Of a stretch of DNA of 64,000 nucleotides, positions 1 through 10,313 are shown piece by piece. The translations under genes and the position numbers were made by a program. Source of the stretch: an uncultured Acidimicrobiia bacterium (GTDB taxonomy: Bacteria > Actinomycetota > Acidimicrobiia > Spongiisociales > UBA4744); the NCBI GenBank assembly GCA_964496205.1, contig CAZBXV010000001.1, positions 30,680-94,679 of the forward strand, read 5' to 3'. Under the pieces are notes generated by a model, which was not told the origin of the DNA, searched no databases, and worked only from the letters and a program-made list of their open reading frames with translations. Position 1 is the first letter of the stretch. Each line of letters begins with the position of its first letter.

Positions 1-795
1 ACGGTAGACATCTGACGCCATCGCATCTCGACCGGCCTCGATGAAGTTCGCATGCACATGGGAAACCCGTGCTCCACCTACAGAGAGTCCCTTGAGACCC
101 GCCCGGTCGATGAGGCGGCCGGCACTGTCTCCGGGTGGGTTCTTGAAAACGCTGCCCGCGTTGAGAATCCCCCCGGGCTGCGTCGCCTTGCGGCTTCGAA
201 TGATCTCTCGGATGAGTCGTTCGGACGCCACGGGATCCTCCGGTTCCGTGCGGAACTCGGCCCTGGTCACGATGTCGAACGGCCCGAGATTCGAGTGCCG
301 GTAGCCGAGGTCGAGGGATGAAGCGTCAGCGAAGCGAACGGAGCTGGTCTCGAGGTCGACAACACGTGCTGCAATCAGCACGTCGCTTGTCTCCCGTCCG
401 AAACACCCCGCGTTCATCATCAGAGCCCCCCCGACCGATCCGGGAATCCCCACGAAGAACTCCAGTCCGCCACGACCTGCTTTGGCAGCGGTCCGGGCAA
501 GCACGGGAAGCGGTGCTGCCCCGCCCGCCAGGACGTGTTCATCTACGGTGACCCATGAGAACCGTCGGCCCAACTGGAGCACAACCCCATCGAACCCTCG
601 GTCCGAGACGAGCACGTTGCTGCCTCGTCCAAGGACGACGACCTGGATCGGTTCCTCGGCGATCAGTGCAGCGACGCGATCGAGCTCGGCCTCATCATCG
701 ACCGTCACGAAGTATCTGGCCGCCCCACCGAGCTTGTAGGTCGTCAGCGGCGCGAGTGGCACGTCTTGTGCAGCGATGTCCGTCCATCCGCTCAT
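1..795 (-). CDS. murB: UDP-N-acetylenolpyruvoylglucosamine reductase MurB. It is 3'-truncated by the window edge. It is not in the ORF track because it runs off position 1.
   Basis: The reverse-strand translation from the ATG at 793-795 reads MSGWTDIAAQDVPLAPLTTYKLGG...GLEFFVGIPGSVGGALMMNAGCFGRET, a MurB FAD-binding signature. The start overlaps the murC stop at 792-794 as ATGA. Confidence 0.8.
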   Translation of the reverse strand, partial: MSGWTDIAAQDVPLAPLTTYKLGGAARYFVTVDDEAELDRVAALIAEEPIQVVVLGRGSNVLVSDRGFDGVVLQLGRRFSWVTVDEHVLAGGAAPLPVLARTAAKAGRGGLEFFVGIPGSVGGALMMNAGCFGRETSDVLIAARVVDLETSSVRFADASSLDLGYRHSNLGPFDIVTRAEFRTEPEDPVASERLIREIIRSRKATQPGGILNAGSVFKNPPGDSAGRLIDRAGLKGLSVGGARVSHVHANFIEAGRDAMASDVYR

Positions 796-2147
796 CGTCG
801 TGCCAATCGCTGGATCAGCTCGGATCCAAGAGTGGTGATATCGCCCGCACCGAGAGTGAGCACAAGATCTCCTTCCCGAAGCCGATCAGCAACGAACTCA
901 CCAAGACGTCGCCGATCCTCGATGTAGACGACATCCGTGGAGCCATCGGTGTTGATCGCGTCGGCTATCAGCCCCCCATCGACCCCGGGGATGGGAGCTT
1001 CTCCCGCCGCATAGATGCCCGTGACGACGACCTCGTCCGCTTCCGAGAACGCCCCTCCGAACTGCGCGTGCAGCTCGGCGGTGCGCGTGTACCGATGAGG
1101 CTGGAACACCACGATGACACGTCCCGTTGTACCGGCACGAGCCGCCCGGATGGTCGTCGCGATCTCCGTGGGATGGTGTGCGTAGTCGTCGATGACGGTG
1201 ACACCACCTGCGGTACCGCGGATCTCGTAGCGCCGAGCGATTCCTCTGAACGTGGCGAGACCGGCGATCGCGCCGCCGAGGTCCATACCCAGAGCTACCA
1301 GGAGCGACAGCACGCCCGCGGCGTTCCTCGCGATGTGTTCACCCGGCTTCGCCACGACGACGTCATGGCCCATAAACCGAAAACGGACCCGGGTGTCATC
1401 CGTCTCGAGGCCCAGGATGGGCATGTCGGCGTCGGATCCCAGCCCATAGGTGGTTGCTCCCACCGCCTCGGCCACCCGCCGGGCACCGGGATCGTCGGAG
1501 CATGCGACCACCGGCCCGTCGACGCGTCGCGCCACATCGACGAATGCCTCTTCGAGACGGCCGACCGTCTGGTAGTAGTCCAGATGGTCCGCTTCAACGT
1601 TGGTAACGATGAGACCCTGGAGGCGCATCGTGAGGAAGGTGCCGAATGCCTCGTCGACCTCTAGGACCAACAGGTCGTCCGACCCGACACCCGCGTTTGT
1701 GCCTTGTCCCATCAGATCGCCTCCGACCACGAAGGACGGGTCGTACCCTGCCCCCCGAACCGCCGCGAGGAGCAGCCCCGTCGAAGTCGTCTTGCCGTGG
1801 GTGCCTGTCGGTCCGATCGTGGGAGTACGGGCCGTGATCTCCTCGAGCAGCCGGGGCCTGTCCCAGACGGGAACCCCGAGTTCGCTCGCAGCGACCACCT
1901 CCGCATCTGTCGACGGAACCGCCGACGAGGTCACGACCAGCTCGACCCCGGACATCGAGTCCGGACGGCTCCCGGTCCACGTCACGATTCCCGACTCGGA
2001 GAGTCGCCGCAGCGCGGGGCTCAGTTGCAGGTCGGAACCGGTGACCTCGTGACCAAGCCCGGCCAAGAGTGTTGCAAGGGCGCTCATGCCCGAACCCCCG
2101 ACTCCAACGATGTGGATGCGCCTCGGCAGATCACCCATGGGCTTCAA
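792..2147 (-). CDS. murC: UDP-N-acetylmuramate--L-alanine ligase MurC.
   Basis: It has the IHIVGVGGSGMSALA and GTHGKTTTS Mur-ligase motifs and sits in the conserved position after murG. It overlaps the murG stop. Confidence 0.9.
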   Translation of the reverse strand: MKPMGDLPRRIHIVGVGGSGMSALATLLAGLGHEVTGSDLQLSPALRRLSESGIVTWTGSRPDSMSGVELVVTSSAVPSTDAEVVAASELGVPVWDRPRLLEEITARTPTIGPTGTHGKTTSTGLLLAAVRGAGYDPSFVVGGDLMGQGTNAGVGSDDLLVLEVDEAFGTFLTMRLQGLIVTNVEADHLDYYQTVGRLEEAFVDVARRVDGPVVACSDDPGARRVAEAVGATTYGLGSDADMPILGLETDDTRVRFRFMGHDVVVAKPGEHIARNAAGVLSLLVALGMDLGGAIAGLATFRGIARRYEIRGTAGGVTVIDDYAHHPTEIATTIRAARAGTTGRVIVVFQPHRYTRTAELHAQFGGAFSEADEVVVTGIYAAGEAPIPGVDGGLIADAINTDGSTDVVYIEDRRRLGEFVADRLREGDLVLTLGAGDITTLGSELIQRLARR

Positions 2148-3204
2148 TGAGTCGTTGTGCGATGCTGGCGGCGGCGTCGGTGGCAGTCAGTTTCGCTGCC
2201 GCTTCGGCCATTCCTCGTCTCCTCCCCGCGTCGTCGACAAGACCGGCAAGGACCCCCTCGATCTCATCAAGACGGTCTTGCGCGAGCATGACGGCTGCTC
2301 CGGCCCGCTCCATGGCGGCAGCGTTGGAGGCCTGGTGCCCACCACCAAAAGTCCCCGGAACGAGAACCGACGGGGTGTGTGTCGCAGCGAGCTCGGCGAT
2401 CGTCACGCCGCCGGCACGTGACACCACCAGATCGCTCGCCGCGTAGAAGTACTCCATCTGCTCTTCGTAGCCCACGACGATCCACGGTACCCGAGAGCCC
2501 TCCGTGTCGAAGTGACCTACGTTGCGCTCTCCAACGAGATGGAGCAGGGTGATGTCGTGGCCTTCCCACGTTGATGCCATGCGTGCGATTGCCTCATTGA
2601 TCGCTCCCGCTCCGAGGCTTCCGCCGAAGATCCCGATGACGACACTTCCCGGTTCGATCCCATAGCGCCCCAGAGCATCGTGACGAAGATTCGAACGTCT
2701 GTACTCGGCGAACACGGGTCGGATCGGTGTGCCGACGACCACCGGCCGCCGCACACCGACGGTGTCTCGGATCGCAACGAACGTCTCCTGTGCCCAGCGC
2801 GACATGATCTTGTTGGCGAGTCCCGCCTCCCCATTCTGTTCGTGGAGGAAGAACGGTATGTGCTCTCGGTGTGCCGCCCAGGTGACGGGCACCGTCACGT
2901 ATGAACCCATTCCGAGTACCGCACGTACCCTGTGTGCTCGAAGCTCCCCCCTCGCTCGTTTCACGGCGGCACGCAACACTCCAGGCAGCTTCAGATTCTC
3001 CGGTGACAGGCTCCGCTTCAAGCTCTGGAGAGGTACTGCACAGAACGGATACCCGTGGTTGGGAAACACAGTGGCTTCCAGTCTGTCACCGCCGAAGAAC
3101 ACGACATCGCTCCGGTCAACCCCCGAGCGAACGAGCTCTTCTGCGACAGCAAGCCCCGGGTAGACATGTCCCCCGGTTCCGGCGGCGGCGATGGCGTAGC
3201 TCAT
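2131..3204 (-). CDS. murG: Undecaprenyldiphospho-muramoylpentapeptide beta-N-acetylglucosaminyltransferase MurG.
   Basis: MSYAIAAAGTGGHVYPGLAVAEEL is a typical MurG N-terminus. I chose the ATG at 3204, which overlaps the ftsW stop as ATGA. The track start at 3366 is a spurious extension into ftsW. Confidence 0.9.
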   Translation of the reverse strand: MSYAIAAAGTGGHVYPGLAVAEELVRSGVDRSDVVFFGGDRLEATVFPNHGYPFCAVPLQSLKRSLSPENLKLPGVLRAAVKRARGELRAHRVRAVLGMGSYVTVPVTWAAHREHIPFFLHEQNGEAGLANKIMSRWAQETFVAIRDTVGVRRPVVVGTPIRPVFAEYRRSNLRHDALGRYGIEPGSVVIGIFGGSLGAGAINEAIARMASTWEGHDITLLHLVGERNVGHFDTEGSRVPWIVVGYEEQMEYFYAASDLVVSRAGGVTIAELAATHTPSVLVPGTFGGGHQASNAAAMERAGAAVMLAQDRLDEIEGVLAGLVDDAGRRRGMAEAAAKLTATDAAASIAQRLIEAHG

Positions 3205-4358
3205 GCCCTTCGGCCGTTGCGTGCGATATTCACCAGGACGCCGGTCGCGGCGAACACAGTGAGAATCGAGCTCCCGCCAACCGACATGAAGGGCAATGGC
3301 ATGCCTGTGATCGGCAGCAGCCCGACCACGCCACCGATATTGATCAGGGCTTGAAGAGAAATCCATGACACGATGCCGACTCCAAGCATCCGGCCGAACG
3401 CGTCAGGAGCCCTCATTGCGATCACATACCCCGCGACAGCAATCACGGCAAACATGAGCAGCACCATGACAGCTCCGGCGAAGCCCGTCTCTTCTCCGAT
3501 GATCGCGAAGATGAAATCTGTGTGGGCATTCGGAAGGTATGACCATCGGGCACGACTCGCGCCGAGCCCAACACCGAACGCTCCGCCCGTTCCCAAGGCA
3601 ACGAAACTCTGGATGACCTGGTATCCGCTCCCCAGCGGATCGGAGAATGGATCGAGGAAGGATGTGATTCGTTCCCGCCGGTACTCGGAGGACAGCGCAA
3701 GCAGCAAGGCTCCACCGATGGACGCAGCCGCTGTGGCCGCAAGATGCTTCAGCCGCGCTGACGATGCTGCCACGACAGCGAACGCTGCTCCGAAGATCAC
3801 CAGCGTCGTCCCCAGATCCGGTTCGAGCATGACAAGGAGCCCGCACAGACCCGCCGACACCGCCAGCGGAACCAGAAGGTGCCACACATCCCCGAGAAGA
3901 CGGTCCTTGCGCTCTAGAACGGCGGCCAGATAGGCGATGACGGCGAACTTCGCGAACTCGGAAGGCTGCAACGTGGACGATCCGATCGGAATCCAACGAC
4001 GGGATCCACCACCAACCACTCCGATCTGGAGAACGGCGATCAGACCCACAATCGACACGATGAGAAGCGGCAAGGCTGCTTTTCGATAGACCTTGTACGG
4101 TGTCCTCGCGGCAAGGATCGCGATGATGATCCCAACACCAATCCACATCGCCTGCTTGTTGAAGAACGCCCATCCATCACCGTAGGTCTCGATACTGATC
4201 ACCGATGAAGCGGAACGGATAGCGCCAAGACCAATCACACTCAACAGCGCGACTGGGACCAGCAGCATGACGGAGAAACGGGTGTTGGCCGTTCGCCGCT
4301 GCGCAACCCGTCGCTGAGCCGACCGTGCCCGTGTGATGGAAGTGACCCCAGACGTCAT
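3201..4358 (-). CDS. ftsW: Peptidoglycan glycosyltransferase FtsW (SEDS family).
   Basis: It is a polytopic membrane protein with SEDS-like segments (GxGxxQxSEFAK). It lies between murD and murG, and its start overlaps the murD stop by 4 bp. Confidence 0.85.
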   Translation of the reverse strand: MTSGVTSITRARSAQRRVAQRRTANTRFSVMLLVPVALLSVIGLGAIRSASSVISIETYGDGWAFFNKQAMWIGVGIIIAILAARTPYKVYRKAALPLLIVSIVGLIAVLQIGVVGGGSRRWIPIGSSTLQPSEFAKFAVIAYLAAVLERKDRLLGDVWHLLVPLAVSAGLCGLLVMLEPDLGTTLVIFGAAFAVVAASSARLKHLAATAAASIGGALLLALSSEYRRERITSFLDPFSDPLGSGYQVIQSFVALGTGGAFGVGLGASRARWSYLPNAHTDFIFAIIGEETGFAGAVMVLLMFAVIAVAGYVIAMRAPDAFGRMLGVGIVSWISLQALINIGGVVGLLPITGMPLPFMSVGGSSILTVFAATGVLVNIARNGRRA

Positions 4359-5617
4359 CGTCCCCCCTTTCGCGTGATCACTGCTCGTGTGAAGTCTTCA
4401 CCCCGCTCGGCATATGACTCATACATGTCCCAACTGGTGCAGCCCGGGGCAAGCAACACCGTGTCTCCTTCGACCGCTACGTCGTCGGCCGCTTCAACCG
4501 CCTCCGCCATCGTCTCGACTCTCGTGTACGGGATGCCTTCGGTCAGCACCGCCAGTTCGCCTGCGCTCTCGCCAATGAGTACCAAGTGACGAACGGTACG
4601 AATGCGAGTCATAGGGGCGAGGTCGAGCCCTTTGTTCTGACCGCCGGCGATCAATACCACGGAAGGGAGACTCTCTGCCGAGGCCACGGCTGCGTGTGGG
4701 TTGGTGGCCTTGGAGTCGTTCACCCACCGGACCCCGTTCCACATGCCGACCAGGTGCCGACGATGAGGTCCAGTCTCAAAACTCGAGATGACATCTCGTA
4801 CACCCGTCTCGCTCGCTCCCGCCTCCAACGCTGCGATGGCGGCAGCGCGCAGGTCGCCCACGTAGGCAGGATCCTCGACGGGGAAGACCTCCGGTTCGAT
4901 GTGCACGTCTCCGTAGTCGAGGCCACGGCCCCCCGAGAAGTCGACCTTGCGGACAGGAGCGTTGCGGACCATCTCCGCCACGTGGGCATCCCCACCGTTG
5001 AAGACGAGGACGTCTTCGCGTTCCTGGTTCTCGAAGATCCTCGCCTTGGCGGCGGCGTACGCCGGGAAGCTCCCATGCCAGTCGAGATGGTCGGGCGCGA
5101 GGTTGAGCACGACTGTCACCCTGGGGTGGAACGAGTCGATGAAACGAAGCTGGAAACTGGACGCCTCGACTGCCACCGCGTCCCAGGACCCGCCGGCGAC
5201 GTCGGACAGGGCGAGGCCGATGTTCCCGGCCGCAATGGCATGGAGTCCGCTTCCCTTCAACATGTCGGCGACGAGCGCAGTGACCGTGGTCTTGCCGTTC
5301 GTTCCGGTGATTGCGATGAGAGGTGCGTCGACGTGGCGGGAGGCGAATTCGAGCTCCGACCAGACGGGAAGCCCCGCCTCGAGCGCGTCCGTGATTGGAT
5401 CCGCACGCTCGGGTATGCCCGGACTGACCACCACGAGCTCCATCCCCATCAGCAGTGACGGATCCCACGGACCACCCACGGCCGAGAACCCTTCGGCGAG
5501 CGCCGACTGGGCGACCGCCGGGTTGGTGTCGAACACGGTCACGCGATAGCCGATTCTCGACGCGAGCCTGGCCGCGGCGCTGCCCGACACCGCACCTCCG
5601 AGTACGAGCGTCCTCAT
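4355..5617 (-). CDS. murD: UDP-N-acetylmuramoylalanine--D-glutamate ligase MurD.
   Basis: MRTLVLGGAVSGSAAARLASRIGYRV...ITGTNGKTTVTALV matches MurD. The ATG at 5615-5617 shares 1 nt with the mraY stop. The 788-aa ORF in the track is an R-rich run-on into the mraY region. Confidence 0.9.
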   Translation of the reverse strand: MRTLVLGGAVSGSAAARLASRIGYRVTVFDTNPAVAQSALAEGFSAVGGPWDPSLLMGMELVVVSPGIPERADPITDALEAGLPVWSELEFASRHVDAPLIAITGTNGKTTVTALVADMLKGSGLHAIAAGNIGLALSDVAGGSWDAVAVEASSFQLRFIDSFHPRVTVVLNLAPDHLDWHGSFPAYAAAKARIFENQEREDVLVFNGGDAHVAEMVRNAPVRKVDFSGGRGLDYGDVHIEPEVFPVEDPAYVGDLRAAAIAALEAGASETGVRDVISSFETGPHRRHLVGMWNGVRWVNDSKATNPHAAVASAESLPSVVLIAGGQNKGLDLAPMTRIRTVRHLVLIGESAGELAVLTEGIPYTRVETMAEAVEAADDVAVEGDTVLLAPGCTSWDMYESYAERGEDFTRAVITRKGGR

Positions 5618-6681
5618 CAGCTGACCCCCGGTATGACGAGCAGGCCGCTGTTCACGAAATCCCCGTAGAAGACGGCCACGGCGAGGGCCACACTGATCCC
5701 TGCAATGATCCAGAATCGGATCACCACGGTGGTTTCGGGCCAGCCACCAAGATCGAAGTGGTAGTGGAACGGCGCCATCCTGAATACGCGCCGTCCCAAG
5801 AGACGAAAACTCGCAACCTGAAGGATCACCGATACCGTCTCGGCGACGTACAGGCCACCCAGAATCACGAGGAGCAGTTCGGTGTTGGTCAAGATCGCCA
5901 ACGCGGCCATCAGGCCACCGAGTCCCTGCGAACCGACATCGCCCATGAAGATGCGTGCAGGAGCGGCATTCCACCACAGGAAACCGAGCGTCGCACCGAG
6001 CATCGCTGCGGAGACGATTGCAAGATCGAAGGTGTAGTCGACACCGCTGTAGAACTGGGGGTTCCGAAGCTTCCAGTAGGCGATCAGCACGAAGGCGCCG
6101 AATACGAGCGCCGCCGATCCGGCAGCCAGGCCGTCCATTCCGTCTGCGAGATTCACGGCGTTGGCCGTTCCCGCCAACATCACCAACACGAGGACAACGA
6201 AGAAGACGCCCAGGTGGATGCCGAGCGGTCGTGTGAACGAGAGTTGCGTCGAGACGCCTGCCTGTGATGCACCCCATGCAAACGCGGCAGCGATTGCGAG
6301 CTGACCACCGAACTTGGCCGCCTTCGAGAGGCCAAGGCTGCGCTTCCTCGAGACCTTCATGTAGTCGTCGATCAGCCCGATCAGCCCCATTCCCGTGAGC
6401 GCGAACAAGGCGAGGAGTCCCCCCGTCGTGATCGGTTCGAACAGCAGACGGAAGTGTCCCCCTTCCCAGAATCTGAAATGGGACGCGAGGTAGGCGATCA
6501 GCACGGCGGCGATCATCACCACGCCGCCCATCGTCGGCGTACCTTGTTTGTGGAAGTGCCCCTCGACCTCCTCCTGGATGAACTGGCCGATGTTGTGTTT
6601 CCGAAGCTTCCTGATCGCCCACGGCATGGCAAGGATCGAAACCAGGAATGCAACGCCTGCCGATACGCCGAGCCAGATCAC
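5617..6681 (-). CDS. mraY: Phospho-N-acetylmuramoyl-pentapeptide transferase MraY.
   Basis: It is a 10-TM protein with the MraY motifs GTPTMGG, DDYMK and NAVNLADGMDGLAAG. Its start overlaps the murE stop. Confidence 0.9.
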   Translation of the reverse strand: MIWLGVSAGVAFLVSILAMPWAIRKLRKHNIGQFIQEEVEGHFHKQGTPTMGGVVMIAAVLIAYLASHFRFWEGGHFRLLFEPITTGGLLALFALTGMGLIGLIDDYMKVSRKRSLGLSKAAKFGGQLAIAAAFAWGASQAGVSTQLSFTRPLGIHLGVFFVVLVLVMLAGTANAVNLADGMDGLAAGSAALVFGAFVLIAYWKLRNPQFYSGVDYTFDLAIVSAAMLGATLGFLWWNAAPARIFMGDVGSQGLGGLMAALAILTNTELLLVILGGLYVAETVSVILQVASFRLLGRRVFRMAPFHYHFDLGGWPETTVVIRFWIIAGISVALAVAVFYGDFVNSGLLVIPGVS

Positions 6682-8126
6682 AAGTGTTCCTCCAGCGCCT
6701 GCCGGGCCACCTCGCGATCATCGAAGTGGACCACTCGATCCTTGAACGCCTGCGTCGTTTCGTGTCCCTTGCCGAGGATCATGACCGCGTCGCCCGCTTC
6801 GGCCCGGCGAACGGCTTCGAAGATCGCCTCCCGCCTGTCGATCTCGATCACAACGTCGGATGACGTGACCCCGGACCTCACCGCCCGTGCGATCGTCAAC
6901 GGATCCTCAGACCTCGGGTTGTCGCTGGTGACGATCACGACATCTGCTGACGATGCGGCTGCTCCCATCGCCTCCCGCTTTGAGTGATCCCGATCGCCTC
7001 CAGCGCCGAGAACCGCGATGACGCGTCCTTCGGTAGTTGCCCGTGCCGACTCCAGTGCAGCCCTGATGCCATCAGGTGTGTGCGCGTAGTCGACGATCAC
7101 AGCGATGGGGCTGCGGGCATCGACCAGTTCGAAACGGCCTGTGACCGGGTGAACCGATGCAAGACCCGCAACGATGTGGTTCCTCTCGATACCCAGCGCG
7201 AGCGCACATCCCGTGGCAACGAGGGCGTTGGCGACGTTGAACGTTCCTCCGAGTCCGAGTGTGACCGGGAAGGCATCATCGGGTGTCCGAACGGTGAATG
7301 TCGAGTGCGTCGTGAACACATGCACCGACTCTGCACGAACGTTCGCGTGTGATTCGAATCCGACACGTGTCACGGGAACATCGACAGAGGCCGCAAGACG
7401 CTCGCCGTAGGGATCGTCGACGAAGATCACGGCCTGCTCGGTCGTGTCAGACGTGAAGAGCTGGGCTTTCGCAGCGAAGTAGGTGTCCATGTCTTTGTGG
7501 AAATCGAGGTGATCTTGGGAGAGGTTGGTGAACCCTGCAACCTTGAAGCGGGTGCCGTCCACCCGGTGTAGTGCGAGTGAGTGCGACGATACCTCCATCG
7601 CGGCGAAATCGACCGAACGGTCGACCATCTCGGCGAAAAGATCCTGAAGCTCGGACGCTTCGGGCGTCGTTCGTTCCAAGGGGATGCGCATCCCGTCGAC
7701 GCGGGCACCGATGGTTCCGACAACCGCAGCACTCATTCCGGCCGCCTTGCCGATCGACTCGAGGAGATGTGTCACCGTGGTCTTGCCGTTGGTCCCGGTG
7801 ATCCCAACCACGGCGAGACGGCGCGACGGATGGTCACGCACGAGCGAAGATACCGGCCCGAGCGCGAGCCGCGTGTCCTCGACGATGACCTGGGGAATGG
7901 CAACGTCCATCGGATGATCCACGCAGACTGCAGCGGCTCCGTTCGCGATGGCCCCTTCGACGTAGCGATGACCATCGGCCTCGAATCCACGAATCGCAAC
8001 GAACAGGGTTCCGGCGGTCACTCGCCTGCTGTCGTGCTCCACGTTGTCGATCGTGACCGAACCGTCCCCGATGACTCGGCCTTGAAGGTTCACCGCGGCT
8101 TGATCGACGGTTAGATCACGATGCAT
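6678..8126 (-). CDS. murE: UDP-N-acetylmuramoyl-L-alanyl-D-glutamate--2,6-diaminopimelate ligase MurE. The DNPR motif marks it as meso-DAP-adding.
   Basis: It has GITGTNGKTT and a C-terminal TSDNPRSEDP (the MurE DNPR motif). The start MHRDLTV at 8126 is preferred. The track start at 8198 would overlap ftsI. Confidence 0.85.
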   Translation of the reverse strand: MHRDLTVDQAAVNLQGRVIGDGSVTIDNVEHDSRRVTAGTLFVAIRGFEADGHRYVEGAIANGAAAVCVDHPMDVAIPQVIVEDTRLALGPVSSLVRDHPSRRLAVVGITGTNGKTTVTHLLESIGKAAGMSAAVVGTIGARVDGMRIPLERTTPEASELQDLFAEMVDRSVDFAAMEVSSHSLALHRVDGTRFKVAGFTNLSQDHLDFHKDMDTYFAAKAQLFTSDTTEQAVIFVDDPYGERLAASVDVPVTRVGFESHANVRAESVHVFTTHSTFTVRTPDDAFPVTLGLGGTFNVANALVATGCALALGIERNHIVAGLASVHPVTGRFELVDARSPIAVIVDYAHTPDGIRAALESARATTEGRVIAVLGAGGDRDHSKREAMGAAASSADVVIVTSDNPRSEDPLTIARAVRSGVTSSDVVIEIDRREAIFEAVRRAEAGDAVMILGKGHETTQAFKDRVVHFDDREVARQALEEHL

Positions 8127-9852
8127 CGGGTGGTACTCCCAGCCGGTGAAGTGTCTCCTCCATGATCTCGGAAAACGCGGGCGCGGCGACGCGGCCACCG
8201 CTCTCGCCGATCTGCGGAGAGTCGACGACCACTCCTACCACAACCTGGGGATTTGACGCGGGAGCCATGCCAATGAAGCTCACGACATAGTTGTCGGTGT
8301 AGCCCTCACCAGGAACGTACTTGCGAGCAGTGCCCGTCTTGCCCGCGGCCGTGTAGCCGTCTACCTGGGCGTTGTGCCCTGTTCCCTCCGGACTCTGAAT
8401 CACATTCTGGAGAAGCGCCTGCATGATCTTCGCCGTGCTTTGCGAGACGACCTGCCGGGTTTGGGGAGTGATCGGTTGATGTACCCCCGATCCATCCACG
8501 AGGTCCTTGACCAAGTGAGGCTGAACCCACACGCCATCATTCGCAATCGCGCCATACGCGGCAGCCATCTGAAGGGGTGTCACGGAGACCGCATACCCGA
8601 TTGCGGCGGACGCGAAGCACGATGGACACGTCGGGTCGAGATTGAGCGCTCCTGGCGATTCCCCCGGAACGTCCGCTCCGGTCTTCTGTCCGAGTCCAAA
8701 CGCCTCGATGTAGTCGGCGAGTCGGGCGTTACCGAGCAGCTTCTGCACCAGAATCGTACCGACGTTTGAAGAACGGGTGACGATATCCCTCACGGTCAGA
8801 CTCTCGGTCGGATGCCGTTCCGCATCGTGGTAGCAGCCGTTGATCTGCACCCCGGAGGAGGTGGTCTGTTTCGCACACGAACCCTTCACAACCTCGAGGG
8901 TGTCGGGAACCTCGAACACGGTCCCTGGTGCAACCATCTTTGACTCGATCGCGCCGGCGATCGTGATCAGCTTCTCTGTGCTGCCGGGCTCATAGGCGCC
9001 GAGAACAGCCCAGTTGGTCCAGTCGTCCTGCGACGATTCACTCCGGTTGTTCGGATCGAAACTCGGCACCGTGGCCATGGCGAGAATCTCGCCTGTCGCC
9101 GGATCGAGAACGACCGCGGTGCATCGTTCTGCCTTGTTGCGCACCAGCGTTTCCTGGCATGCCCGTTCGGCGATGTACTGGATATCTCGGTCGATCGTGG
9201 TGACCAGATCACTTCCCGGAGTGGCGGGCTCTACCTCGTACAGACCCTGGGGAATGATGTTGCCATTGCGGTCCTGCTCGAACCTGACCTCTCCGGGTAT
9301 CCCTGTGAGTTGTGTGTTGTATTGGAACTCGAGGCCCTCGAGCCCGTTTCCGTCGGGGTCCACGAACCCCAAGACCTGTGCAGCGAGGGTTCCTTCCGGG
9401 TACACGCGCATCGCCTCAGGGTACGTGTAGATGCCCGTGATCTCGAGGTTTTCCACCAGCTGTGCCCGCTCCTCGTCGACCTGGCGGGCGATCGTCACCC
9501 ACCGGTGATCGGACTGCAGCACGGCGAGTACGTTGGCCTCGTCGATGCCGAGGGTCGCGGCGATGAGCTTGGCCATCTTCGCCGGATCCTGAACGAGTGT
9601 CGTGTCGGCACCGATCGTCTTGCCCTGGACGGTGATCGCCAGTTCGCGACCGTCTCGGTCGTAGATCGTTCCTCGATCAGCGGCCAGAACCTTGACCTTC
9701 TCCCGCTGCTCAACGCCGCGCTGTTCGTAGTTCGATGCTTGGACGATCTGAAGCTGAAAAAGCCTGAATCCGACCCCAACCCATGACAGGATCACGATCG
9801 ACGCGATGATCACCACCCTTGTCGAGAGGCGGCCAGCGTTCCGCCGTGCCAT
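8116..9852 (-). CDS. ftsI: Class B penicillin-binding protein (FtsI-like transpeptidase).
   Basis: It has an N-terminal TM helix, a PBP dimerisation region and the transpeptidase motifs STEK (EPGSTEK), SSN (RSSNVG) and KTGT (AGKTGTA). It occupies the canonical dcw position. Confidence 0.85.
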   Translation of the reverse strand: MARRNAGRLSTRVVIIASIVILSWVGVGFRLFQLQIVQASNYEQRGVEQREKVKVLAADRGTIYDRDGRELAITVQGKTIGADTTLVQDPAKMAKLIAATLGIDEANVLAVLQSDHRWVTIARQVDEERAQLVENLEITGIYTYPEAMRVYPEGTLAAQVLGFVDPDGNGLEGLEFQYNTQLTGIPGEVRFEQDRNGNIIPQGLYEVEPATPGSDLVTTIDRDIQYIAERACQETLVRNKAERCTAVVLDPATGEILAMATVPSFDPNNRSESSQDDWTNWAVLGAYEPGSTEKLITIAGAIESKMVAPGTVFEVPDTLEVVKGSCAKQTTSSGVQINGCYHDAERHPTESLTVRDIVTRSSNVGTILVQKLLGNARLADYIEAFGLGQKTGADVPGESPGALNLDPTCPSCFASAAIGYAVSVTPLQMAAAYGAIANDGVWVQPHLVKDLVDGSGVHQPITPQTRQVVSQSTAKIMQALLQNVIQSPEGTGHNAQVDGYTAAGKTGTARKYVPGEGYTDNYVVSFIGMAPASNPQVVVGVVVDSPQIGESGGRVAAPAFSEIMEETLHRLGVPPDAS

Positions 9853-9908
9853 CCGTCAACTCCTCCGCCGAGTGACGGTCCGTCTCCCGGAGGGAGAGCG
9901 ATTGCACG

Positions 9909-10313
9909 TCATGGTGCTGCTGTCAGGATCGACTTCACCTCGGCGAATCGATCTCCATCTGTCGGTGCGGGATCACCGACGCCGTCTGCGACGACGACCT
10001 CCACATCACTCGGATACACAAGGCCGAGATCGGCGGCTCGTTCGAGGACGCGAGACGGTGCCTGTAGTTCGGCTACCTCGAGACGTAATTGCTGGTATCG
10101 ATCCTGCTCAGTCTGGATCTGTGATCTCAGCTCGCTCAATTCGAGCGCAGGTTTGTCAAGCGCAACCCTGGAGAGAATCAGTGCAAAGAACAGCAGTATC
10201 GCCACGGAGCTGAAGATCGCCCAGGTTCCGAGCGTCGGCTTCAGATTCCTCCCTCCGGCGACGACGCGAAGACGACGGTTGGTCTGACGGACCGGGGATG
10301 GGCGGGCCGTCAT
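9909..10313 (-). CDS. ftsL: FtsL-like septum formation initiator (single TM plus coiled coil).
   Basis: The 135-aa product has one TM helix (WAIFSSVAILLFFALILS) followed by a coiled coil. It lies between rsmH and ftsI. The ATG at 10313 overlaps the rsmH stop by 4 bp; the longer track ORF is an artefact. Confidence 0.6.
   Translation of the reverse strand: MTARPSPVRQTNRRLRVVAGGRNLKPTLGTWAIFSSVAILLFFALILSRVALDKPALELSELRSQIQTEQDRYQQLRLEVAELQAPSRVLERAADLGLVYPSDVEVVVADGVGDPAPTDGDRFAEVKSILTAAP

Noticed and set aside
555-1664. 369-aa plus-strand ORF across murC. Similar long ORFs are 4586-5458, 5455-6267, 7581-8114, 9310-9786, 10298-10930 and 11015-11740.
   Set aside because: They are antisense or alternative-frame to well-supported dcw genes and have R/H/P/D-rich low-complexity translations typical of high-GC non-coding frames. 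They have no motifs.
4355-6721. 788-aa minus-strand ORF.
   Set aside because: Only the C-terminal 421 aa (from MRTLVLGG) is MurD. The upstream 367 aa are an arginine-rich alternative frame of mraY. The mraY stop overlaps the murD ATG.
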